A model generated the notes under the pieces. That model had not been told where the DNA came from and did not search any database. It saw only the letters and a list, made by a program, of their open reading frames with translations. Position numbers and translations under genes: made by a program. Positions 52,956-63,909 of a DNA stretch of 63,909 nt are shown one piece after another. The stretch covers positions 112,251,041 through 112,314,949 of the forward strand of contig NC_068985.1 in assembly GCF_001194135.2 (NCBI RefSeq). Reading direction: 5' to 3'. Numbering within the stretch: position 1 is the first letter of the stretch; every line of letters starts with the position of its first letter. This DNA comes from Octopus bimaculoides (lineage: Eukaryota).

Positions 52956-53067
52956 ATTGACTGTCCACTAAAACTACATGGTCAGCAGGGAAATAGCCAG
53001 GCTTGGACATCCTGTCATTATGAATTACACATCCTTTCCATATTCCGTCGGCTTTCTGTTCGAGCAC
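52956..53067 (-). CDS. Caskin: Caskin coding exon, C-terminal half of the atypical SH3 domain (phase 0 to phase 1, 112 nt)
   Basis: Minus strand reads ttttttttccag|GTG CTC GAA CAG ... AGT CAA T|gtgagt, giving VLEQKADGIWKGCVIHNDRMSKPGYFPADHVVLVDSQ. This matches my recollection of the vertebrate Caskin1 SH3 ([28 protein letters not shown]). Canonical splice sites and an open frame. No database search was run. Confidence 0.9.
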
Positions 53068-53144
53068 CTGGAAAAAAAAAAGATACATTTCGACATTAAA
53101 ATGAGGGTGAGGAGGGCATCCAGGTATGTCAAAAACATTTCAGT

Positions 53145-53146
53145 TT

Positions 53147-53236
<90 letters not shown>

Positions 53237-53238
53237 GG
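53145..53238. repeat. (GA)n microsatellite, representative of very many (TA)n, (CA)n, (GA)n, (CAT)n, (TAA)n and (TAG)n tracts in the window
   Basis: Directly visible; such tracts explain most ORF-track entries. Confidence 0.95.
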
Positions 53239-54605
53239 TTTCTATACTTTGGAAAGGAATCTAAATGTAAGAAAAGCATCCAAAACACTGTTGGCTTTTT
53301 GTTCAAGCACTAAGATAAAAGATTAAAATACCAATATGCATATGAAAAGTAACCAGGTAAGAGAACATCACCTTGTAAGAAGAGTAAACAGGTGTAAGAA
53401 TCACATCTTACTGCAGAGAGAATGCCACTGCATTTAGAGGCAAAGAATATATCCAGTCATTGGCAGGGCATCCTGTTATAAAGTCCCAGGGCTTTCACAA
53501 TCTAGCTCAGGGGTTCTCAGCCATTTTTTTATTATCTATGAACCCCTTTGATTTGTATTTTATTCTGGTGGACCCCATAGCAATTTGATGTTTAAAAACT
53601 GATTTTATAGAAACTTTATTTTGTTTTACACACATTAACTTGTGTGGGTTGAACTATGTAAAATGTTAGGGGAAAGAAACCTAGCTGATTCTCCAAATGC
53701 ATACATCTGTAACAAATGTTTTTCAGTGGTCCTAGTTCTCAAACCCTTTAGCATTCAGATTTCTTAATCAAATTTATTTATTCATATTGTTTTGAATTAA
53801 TCATGCATTATCTAGTAGCTTCGAGATTTCAGTGGTGCGTTTGTATGTTTTTAGAATGACATTGTAGGGTGAGTGCGAAAGGTTGGATCTGGTCAATTTT
53901 AACATAAAACAGGTGGAATATCTGAGCCATATATGGCCAGATTAAATGCTAAAGGGCTAAACACACACACGCACACACACACAAAGACAGGGTGGTTACT
54001 GCTGGAATGTGTTTTGATCATATGTTTGCTGGATCAGAGTCTGACTCGGGGTTAAACAGCCACAAAGATATCATGAATGAGATCAACAATCACAGCAAGA
54101 ACCAGAACAATATTTAGGAGTGATTCAGCTGTATTCTGAGCCCCTGCACCCCATCCCCCACCCCACCCCACCAGAACCTGACCTCCAAGTATATTTTTGG
54201 TCCTGATTCCATCATACACAAAATTNNNNNNNNNNNNNNNNNNNNNNNNNNNNNNNNNNNNNNNNNNNNNNNNNNNNNNNNNNNNNNNNNNNNNNNNNNN
54301 NNNNNNNNNNNNNNNNNNNNNNNNNNNNNNNNNNNNNNNNNNNNNNNNNNNNNNNNNNNNNNNNNNNNNNNNNNNNNNNNNNNNNNNNNNNNNNNNNNNN
54401 NNNNNNNNNNNNNNNNNNNNNNNNNNNNNNNNNNNNNNNNNNNNNNNNNNNNNNNNNNNNNNNNNNNNNNNNNNNNNNNNNNNNNNNNNNNNNNNNNNNN
54501 NNNNNNNNNNNNNNNNNNNNNNNNNNNNNNNNNNNNNNNNNNNNNNNNNNNNNNNNNNNNNNNNNNNNNNNNNNNNNNNNNNNNNNNNNNNNNNNNNNNN
54601 NNNNN

Positions 54606-54648
<43 letters not shown>

Positions 54649-55401
54649 TAATACACACACCACACACACATGTGCGTACACTTTGCTAGCCGTGTATATT
54701 TCTAAAACAGCTGGGTACTAGCTCATAAACACAATGTGTATATATACATACATACATACAAACAAACAAGAAGGGGGAAGAACTAAAACATCATCAGCAC
54801 CATCACAATCACCATCGCAACTGTTCCTCCCCCCTACCCCACTCCCACCATCGAAGAACCACTTCCACCACCCCAATCTGGAGTGTATTATTTTCTGATA
54901 AACATCGGGTTAATGAAAATACTCTTAAACCAAGGTTTGCCAGAAACGTTATCCAAGAATCTATAGAATAATATTTTTCTTCGACAAATAAAGGAATAAA
55001 ATAATAAACATAAAATATATAGAAACAAAAAGTAAAAGGAGAATATACACATCTATCGTCATTATCATCATCATCGTTCAATATCCGTGCTCCATGCTGG
55101 GATAAGCTGGATAGTTTGGCAGGATCTGATGGGTCGAAGGACCACATCATGTTGGGACTTCAGTGTCTGCTTTGGCAGGGTTTCTACAATAAGATGCCCT
55201 TCTTAATGTCAACCAATTTACAACATGCACTGGGTACCATTTTTTTTTCTTTTATGCTACCACCTCTAGTGAAGTTGTAAAACCCAAGATGGGTTGTAGA
55301 GGGGGATCTTTAGGCCAGGAGTACTTTTCAACCATTTTCTTTTTTTTTAATTATGGACTCTTTTCATTCTTATTTTACTCAGATGGACCCTCCTAGCCAT
55401 T

Positions 55402-55610
55402 CATCATCATCAACATCGTTTAACGTCCGCTTTCCGTGCTAGCATGGGTTGGACGATTTGACTGAGAACTGGTGAAACCAGATGGCTACACCAGGCTCCA
55501 ATCTGATTTGGCAGAGTTTCTACAGCTGGATGCCCTTCCTAACGCCAACCACTCCGAGAGTGTAGTGGGTGCTTTTACGTGCCACCGGCACGAAGGCCAG
55601 TCAGGTGGTA
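55402..55610 (-). mobile_element. RTE 3' end (family B), young copy
   Basis: catcatcatc...cgtttaacgtccgctttccgtgctagcatgggttggacg, nearly identical to 58567-58791. Confidence 0.85.
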
Positions 55611-57175
55611 AAAAATCATATATTTTTAGACTCAGACATTAGAAGAAATTGTATTAAAAAATTGTTAAAATATTTTGTTATATTTGTAGAAGAATAACCA
55701 ATTTATTGCAGGTAAATTTGAACAACAAAATTTTAAATGGACCCTCAAAGAGCTATAGGGACCCCAGATGAGAACCACTGGCATAGCACAAAAGAGAAGG
55801 TGGTGTGCTGAGCAGATTCTAGGGGTTGAGGAGTTATATGGCTACTCACAGGCCTGGTTACTGTTTTAATCAACCACAGAAGGAATGACAAAAGGTAAAG
55901 TTAATCTTGGTAGGGATCAACTTATCCTGTCTAATAAAATAAATACCAGTCAAAAACTGGGGTTGATTTAGCTTGTTCTCTCCCCAAGAATGTGTGGCCT
56001 TGTGCTTATTGAGGTTGAAAATCAAATAATAGGAGCAAGAAGAGTTTCTTACATAGGTACAATGCCATCAATTCCACACCAAAAAGATGAAAGCTAAAGC
56101 TGACCTCCGCAAGATTTAAACTCACAATGCGCTTTAATAATAATGATAACATTAATGGTTTCAAATTTTGCCACAGGGGCAGCAATTTTGGAGTGGGTAG
56201 GGGATGAGTCAATTACATTGACACCAGTGTTCAACTGGTACTTATTTTAATGACCCTGAAAGGATGAAGGCAAAGTTGACCTCAGCAGAATGTGAACCCA
56301 GAAAGTAGCAATAGGCGAAATACTGCTAAGTATTATGTCCAGTGTGATAATGATTTTGCCAGCTGAACCACTAAGTTAAGGGGATGTAAACACACCAACA
56401 TTGGTTGTCAAGTGGTGATGGGGGGAAAGGACAAAGAGACACACATAGATATACATATATATATGTAGCATCTAAATACTTTACAGATGCTATGTTCTCA
56501 CATTTCTTGTCTTTTTCTCTGCTTTTTGAACTAACTACACACACACACACACATATATATATATACACATACATACATACATACATACATATTGATGGGC
56601 TTCTTTCAGTTTCTGTCTACCAAATCCACTCACAAAGCTTTGGTCGGCCTGAAGCTATAGTAGAAGACACTTGCCAAAGGTATCATGCATTGGGACTAAA
56701 CCAGGATTTGTAGAAGTATAAGCAATTTATTGTAGATAAATATTAACAACAAAATCTTATATGGACCCCCCAAGGGCCATACGGATCACAGTTGAGAACC
56801 ACCATGTTAAATGATGAAGCTGATAGGCAAAAGGCTAGAAATTTGGTTGCAGAAAGTTAACCAGTTGCATCAAACTCAACTGGTCCTTTCTCACAATTTC
56901 CATCCCTAAAACCCTGAACACATAACCTTATTCTTAGGTGCAGAGATGTTGCCATGAACAAGTGGAAGTGAATTGCACTTCAAAGAGCTTGCGTTTGATT
57001 AAATTTAATCCAAGTACCACTGGTATATATAACCATGTCCTAGAAGTGTAAATGGCAAAATTGGCCTTGATGAGATTTGATCTCAGAGCACAAAGTAGAA
57101 ATGTAGCAAAGCATTTTTTGTCTGAGGGTCTAGTAATTCAGCCAGTCGTGCCAATCCATGACCACACATACAAAC

Positions 57176-57228
<53 letters not shown>

Positions 57229-58014
57229 TATATATATATATATATTAAAGTTGTATGGAGAATAACCAATGAAAATAGTTGTAGGAGGAGGAGGAAGAAG
57301 GAAGGAAGGAAAGCAGGAAAAAGTAAAGAAAGAAAAAAAAGAAAAGAAAAGAAAGAAAGAAAGAAAGAAAGAAAGAATTGGGAGAAGTGGGGTCTGTAAC
57401 TAAGGAATGTTCTGGCATCTGTGAATCTGAAATTCCTCAGATAAGATGCAACTTGATAAAGCAGAATGATGCAGTGGAGAATGGTGGTACCGGTAGAGGT
57501 ATTGTTAGTGCGAAGGTGCTGGTGGTAGTACTAGAAGTAGTGGTGATGGTGGTTGTGGTACTCTCAGTGGTCACAATACTGATAGTGACGATGGAGGTTG
57601 TAGTGCTGGTGGAGCAAATACTGGTGAGATGCTAAATGTGGGGGTACTGGGAGGTCGTGCTGGTGACGGTACAGGCAGTTGTGTTAGTGGCCCTGGCAGT
57701 AGTGCTGTCAATGGTGCAAGCAATAGTGATGCTGATGGTGGTGGAGGTGGTAGTACTGGTAATGGTGATATGGTGGTACCGGCAGTAGTGGTACTATTGA
57801 TGAAGGTGGCAGTAGTCAAGGTACTGGTGACACAGAAGCAAAACTCTGTGTGTGTATAAGAGAGAAAGAGAGGGAGGGAGAGAAAGAGCAATAAAGAGAT
57901 GGATGGCTGGATATAGATAGGCAGATAAACAGACAGAAATACACACACACACACTATACATAATATATAGAGAGAGAAAGAGAGAAGTAGATATATAAAC
58001 TAATACACATGCAA

Positions 58015-58500
58015 AAGGTACACTTGTACCTTAACTAATACTCATGCACTAGGTACCCTCATATCTCAATACCGACATTAATATCAACTAATATCACACA
58101 CACACGTTACCCTTATGTCAAATAGTACTCACATACAAAGTATCTCTGTACCTCAACTAATACTCACACACAAGGTACTCACATATCTCAGCTAATACAA
58201 ACATAAGGTACCACCCTGTGCCTCAACTAATACTCATGCACAAAGTACTCACCTCAACTAATACACATACAAGGTACCCCTGTACCTCAACTAATACACA
58301 CAAAAAGTACCCCTGTACCTCAATTAGTACTCACATACAAGGTACCTTCATACTTCAACTAATACTCACACAAGGTACCCTCATGTCTCAATAGTACTCA
58401 CATACAAGGTACTTTCATACCTCAACTAATACTCACACACAAGGTACCCTCATGTCTCAATAGTACTTACATACAAGGTACCCTCATACCTCAACTAACA
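58015..58500. repeat. Minisatellite with a unit of about 31-33 bp (ctcaactaatactcacacacaaggtaccc...) and alternating variants
   Basis: Roughly 14 recognisable aggtac/aagtac-containing units. Confidence 0.85.
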
Positions 58501-58566
58501 TACACACAAACATCAGCAATACATAGCACACACACCTACACACTGAATGGAAGATATATATATATA

Positions 58567-59610
58567 TATCATCATCATCATCATCGTTTAACGTCCGCTT
58601 TCCATGCTAGCATGGGTTGGACGATTTGACTGAGGACTGGTGAAACCGGATGGCGACACCAGGCTCCAGTCTGATTTGGCAGAGTTTCTACAGCTGGATG
58701 CCCTTCCTAACGCCAACCACTCAGAGAGTGTAGTGGGTGCTTTTACGTGTCACCCGCACGAAAACGGCCACGCTCGAAATGGTGTCTTTTANNNNNNNNN
58801 NNNNNNNNNNNNNNNNNNNNNNNNNNNNNNNNNNNNNNNNNNNNNNNNNNNNNNNNNNNNNNNNNNNNNNNNNNNNNNNNNNNNNNNNNNNNNNNNNNNN
58901 NNNNNNNNNNNNNNNNNNNNNNNNNNNNNNNNNNNNNNNNNNNNNNNNNNNNNNNNNNNNNNNNNNNNNNNNNNNNNNNNNNNNNNNNNNNNNNNNNNNN
59001 NNNNNNNNNNNNNNNNNNNNNNNNNNNNNNNNNNNNNNNNNNNNNNNNNNNNNNNNNNNNNNNNNNNNNNNNNNNNNNNNNNNNNNNNNNNNNNNNNNNN
59101 NNNNNNNNNNNNNNNNNNNNNNNNNNNNNNNNNNNNNNNNNNNNNNNNNNNNNNNNNNNNNNNNNNNNNNNNNNNNNNNNNNNNNNNNNNNNNNNNNNNN
59201 NNNNNNNNNNNNNNNNNNNNNNNNNNNNNNNNNNNNNNNNNNNNNNNNNNNNNNNNNNNNNNNNNNNNNNNNNNNNNNNNNNNNNNNNNNNNNNNNNNNN
59301 NNNNNNNNNNNNNNNNNNNNNNNNNNNNNNNNNNNNNNNNNNNNNNNNNNNNNNNNNNNNNNNNNNNNNNNNNNNNNNNNNNNNNNNNNNNNNNNNNNNN
59401 NNNNNNNNNNNNNNNNNNNNNNNNNNNNNNTGTTCGTACGCATGCGTCATACAGTCTGCCTTTTACTCTGAGTGAGAGTCCCTTTGTCGCCAGCAGGGGT
59501 AAGAGCTCTCTAAACTTTGCCCAGGCTATTCTTATTCTAGCAGCTACACTTTCAGCGCACCCACCCCCACTACTAACTTGGTCGCCCAGATAGCGGAAGC
59601 TATCGACTAC
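58567..59610 (-). mobile_element. 5'-truncated RTE-clade LINE: RT fragment (59431-59610), gap, then 3' UTR and (GAT)n tail
   Basis: Uninterrupted frame VVDSFRYLGDQVSSGGGCAESVAARIRIAWAKFRELLPLLATKGLSLRVKGRLYDACVRT, typical of the RTE RT C-terminal region. The other side of the gap carries the family-B repeat in the same orientation. Confidence 0.85.
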
Positions 59611-59613
59611 ATA

Positions 59614-59662
<49 letters not shown>

Positions 59663-59986
59663 AACATACACACACACATGATTAAGGCACATACTTTCAC
59701 TCCTACAGACAGACACACTGTTGACCTATAGCCCTAATTAGTAGTGACATATTCTCATCAACATAAACCAATGTATATAGATTGCAAGGTAAACAGACAA
59801 ACATCTCATTATCAACACACACACTCACACATGCAATCACACTCAAGTAGCTGATATCAAAAGTATATTAAATGAAGATTGACACATCAGATAACAACCA
59901 CACAGTAGATATATTATTTCTGATACAGCATGTGCATGCGTGAGATGTGAGCGAGCATACACATATGTGAGTGAGTGAGTGAGTGA

Positions 59987-60032
<46 letters not shown>

Positions 60033-60182
60033 GATGGCTTGCCTGAAGGCATGGCTGTGGGGTTAAGAAGCTTGCATTGCAAACCAAGTGGATTTGGGTT
60101 CTGTACCACTGTATGACACCATAGGTGTCTTTTATTATAGCTGCAGCAACCAATGTTTTTTGTGAGTGATTTTGGAAGGCTG

Positions 60183-60218
<36 letters not shown>

Positions 60219-60311
60219 NNNNNNNNNNNNNNNNNNNNNNNNNNNNNNNNNNNNNNNNNNNNNNNNNNNNNNNNNNNNNNNNNNNNNNNNNNNNNNNNNN
60301 NNNNNNNNNNN

Positions 60312-60364
<53 letters not shown>

Positions 60365-63300
60365 TGTCCCCCACAGATGCTTGACAACTGGTGTTGTCCC
60401 TGTAATGTAGCGGTTCAGCAAAAGGGATCAACAGAATAAATACCAGGCTTAAAAAAAGTATTAGGGCCGATTCACCTAACTAAAAAATTCCTTAAGGTGG
60501 TGCTCCAACATGGCCACAGTCAAATAACTGAAACAAGTAAAAGGTAAAAAGGTGATATATATATAGGATGCCCTTTCTTATGCCAAACACTTCACGGAGT
60601 GTAATGGGTAGGTTTTCCAAGGCACAAGCCAGACTCATCATCAGGTGAGGTGGGAGTGGGAACTGGGTGCGACTGATCACTATTTAAGGGTGCACCCTCA
60701 GATTCAGAAAATACAGTTTACAAAAGTCATCTTCCTGCAATACATTTCTTGGAGTTTGGCTGACTTTTCTTCTCAAACCAGAATGCAAAATATATTTTCA
60801 AATAACAAACAAGCTGAAACAAAGAGACTAGTCATAAATTCCTGAAGGAAATAGAGGAAGAAATTATATGGCCCTAGTGAGTTTGTTATGCAGCTTGCAA
60901 GACTAAAGATTCCATTCAATTAAGTGGAGCTACATCATTGACTGCGGTGGCTTTAAGTTAGGAGGTGAGTGGAGCCAGAAGAACACGGGTTTCTTACTAG
61001 AGAGGAGCTACATAGCTAATCCCATTATAGGACTGTCAGTCTTTCAGTTATGATGACAACAGTTCCAGTTGATCTGATCAATGGAACAGCTTGCTTATGA
61101 AATTAATGTACAAGTGGCTGAGCACTCCACAGACATATGTACCCTTAATGTAGATCTTAGGGAGATTCAGTATAACACAAAATGCGACAAAGCTGGACCT
61201 TTTGAATCACAGGCACAACTCCGTTTTTGCCAGCTGAGTGGAATAGAATGACTTGAAAAGTAAAGCGTCTTGCTCAAGGACACAAAGCGCTGCTAGGAAT
61301 TGAACTCATGGCTTTGTGAATTTGAGCTGAATACTCTAACCACTAAGCTATGTGCCATCTATATTACGGAAGAAAGGTTGGGAGTAACTGTGGTGGAGCA
61401 GGAAAGCGATGAAAATAGTGGTGATAATGTAGCAGGGTGGAGACTCAAAGTATGAGGTGGCTTGAAGTGAGTGGATATAGGAGAACGGAGTGAGCAGATG
61501 GTTAGAGATTGTAAGAGGATACAAGTGAGTGAGAGATAGTTAGAGATGGGCAGGTCCTCTGTAGGTGTTGACAGTGTCTAATTCAATAAACCACCTGTCA
61601 TCATCATCATCATCATGCTAAAGAGTTAATTCTTTGGGTAAAAAAAAATATAGGAGAATCAGCTAATAATGATTTTATTCAACATATTCCCCTCTCAGAT
61701 TCACACACTTATTGCAGCGGTCCTTCAGTTTTTCTAAGCCCTATAAAAGAACTCGGAAGGTTGAGCTTCCAACAGACCTTTTGTGATACCCCTAAAACCA
61801 GGAACTTTTCAGCATTCCCTTGTACTATGTGACTAAGGTACTCAGAAACTTACAGAGTAAGTAACTAACATACTAAGTGACTGAAATATCCAAGGGCCTA
61901 GGGGCTTAATAAATAATATATTGTATGATGAGGTACCAATTTAGACTCAGTAGTGTCAAAGGTAATATCAATGGACACAATAAGTGGTACCTAGAAACCA
62001 AAAAAAGAAAAAAAAAAAAAAAANNNNNNNNNNAAAAAAAAAAAAAAAAAAAAAAAGGAAGAGGAACTGAACTGCTCAGACTCAGAAGTTGACATGGTAG
62101 TAGAAGCGATAGCGAGTGACTGACTGAGATGCCTGGCAGTGTTGGCAATGGTGAGCAGCAGAGATGGTGAAGTTGTAGTGTTTGTGTGCATTGGAGATAG
62201 TGAGAAATAAAGATGCCAAGCTGTGGAGATGCTCAGCAGCCAATCAAACAATAGAATTAAGATAGCAGCCATTGTCTGTCTTTGTGTGTGTGTGTTAGAG
62301 AGAGAGATAGGGGGGGGGGGAGAAAAATCAAATAAAAATTCCACCAAACAGCTGATGACAAAAGGAACAAAAACAAAAAAAGAAAAGATAACGTTTGTAA
62401 TAAAATAAATATATATAAAAAAAAAAAGCAGAACAAAAGCTCTTTGAAAACAATAAGAAAAGCTGGTTGTAGTTAAACCAATAGTTGCATCAAATGTGAC
62501 ATATGAAAGTGGCAATGTTGTTATGGTGGTGGTGTTTGTTTGTTTGTTGTTGATAAAGTATGGCAGATTCAGCAAAGTGAGACAAGAAACAACAACGAGG
62601 ACAAGGAAGAGCAGGACGAGGAGGAGGGCACGGAAAACAACAGCAGCAACAATGAGGATGACACTTGCCGACAAAGACAAAGACAATAACAATGACAACA
62701 GTAACAACAACGAAAATGAAAGTGAAAGTGAAATTTAGAACAGAAAGGGAGAAGATAACGTCAAAGTGAAAAATAATCAATATTATATTGTAAATAGTAT
62801 GTTTCATGTAAAACAGCAGTGACAGTGATAATGGTGGTGGTGGTGGTAGCGATGATGGTGGTTGTGACAGAAATGTATCGGTGGTGATGGTGGTAACAAT
62901 GGTGTTGATAATGATGATTGTGGTAGTGGTGGTGGTAATAGTGACAACGGTGTTGATGGTAGTGGTAATGATGATGCTGCTTGATGGTGGTGGAGGCATT
63001 TTATTGTTTGTTGTGGATGAGGAAATCTAATTTTTCTTGACAACCATAGCAGACTATTCTCACTGGTTCCAATACAATTTCCGACACACATACACACAAA
63101 ATATTCATTTTGTTTATGATTACATTATTATCATTATTATTATTATTATCATTATTATTATTGGCTTTTCTTTTTTTCTCTTCTATAAAATCTGTTCAAC
63201 GTAGAAAGAGAGTAAAAAAAGAGAGAGACTGAGATGACGGAAGAGTAGAATGACAATAGCTGCAGCAGTGTGCGTATGAATGTGTGAGTGTGTATGTATG

Positions 63301-63909
63301 CGTGAGAGAAAAAGAGAGGGAGAGTGGGGGGGGGGGCAAACAGATTGGGAGATTCCACTGACCTAGAAAGGGGAGGAGCAGAGAGGAGGCGGGATGGGGT
63401 GGGGTTTGTAATGACAGAGCTCAGAGTCTCCAAGACATAGGGATTTTGTCTTAAAAGCATTCCTGACTAAAAAGTCAGAGTGTTTTAAAAATATGTACAC
63501 ATGTACACACATACATACACACTCATACAATGATCATAGACACATACATACACACTAAACAAACAGACAATATAACACACACACACACACAAGCCACATA
63601 TGTATCTTATGGCACCCTGGTTGTTTTCTACTGTAACCTCAGGTTAACTGATTCCTTGTCAATAGAATTTGGTAGATGGAAACTGTATGGAAGCCTAAAT
63701 ATATAGCAAACACTGACACACAATAAATGAAAAAAAAAACCAGATCTATCATCATCATTTAGCATCTGCTTTCTCTGCTGGCATGGGTTAGACGGCTTGA
63801 CGAAACTAGTAAGCCAGAGAGCTGCACAAGGTTCCAGCCTGATTTGGCATGGTTTCTACAGCTGGATGCCCTTCTTAGTGTCAACCACATGTATATATAT
63901 ATATATATA

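Noticed and set aside
23563-53067. Search for the vertebrate Caskin1 CASK-interaction motif (EEIWVLRK-like) in the linker exons
   Set aside because: Not found in any exon identified; its absence outside vertebrate Caskin1 is expected, so not treated as novel.
1059-60439. Long ORF-track entries spanning N-runs or made of YI, HT, CV or RE dipeptide repeats
   Set aside because: Artefacts of assembly gaps and dinucleotide microsatellites; no coding signal.
60600-60841. Strong acceptor (ttccttcag) upstream of the SH3 exon, tested as the missing N-terminal SH3 exon
   Set aside because: No Caskin-like residues and early stops; that exon is outside the window or in a gap.

Overview
Eukaryotic, AT-rich, microsatellite-dense genomic window with about 4.5 kb of assembly gaps. 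The repeat landscape (tRNA-derived SINEs, RTE and CR1 LINE remnants, MITEs, abundant (TA)n/(CA)n/(CAT)n) suggests a coleoid cephalopod, probably Octopus; this is my inference, not a database result. Almost every ORF in the supplied track is spurious (microsatellite or N-run artefacts). The window is the interior of one large minus-strand gene, a Caskin orthologue. The anchor is a 112-nt exon (52956-53067) encoding the C-terminal half of the Caskin atypical SH3 domain (VLEQKADGIWKGCVIHNDRMSKPGYFPADHVVLVDSQ). Two further phase-compatible linker exons follow (23563-23772, Pro-rich; 16127-16194). Manual splice-site reading also suggests two frame-preserving phase-1 micro-exons (36 nt at 48478-48513; 21 nt at 43236-43256), each with a UGC just upstream of the acceptor, and an alternative terminal exon (acceptor at 28794, AATAAA at 28519-28524). 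The most interesting signal is their interplay. Direct splicing of the SH3 exon to the terminal exon creates a split TGA stop, whereas inclusion of either micro-exon turns that junction into GGA and adds a tail ending -EHYC*, which resembles a PDZ ligand. The intron between the micro-exons carries three consecutive long fold-back structures (possible ADAR substrates). All splice calls come from sequence alone and need RNA-seq confirmation.
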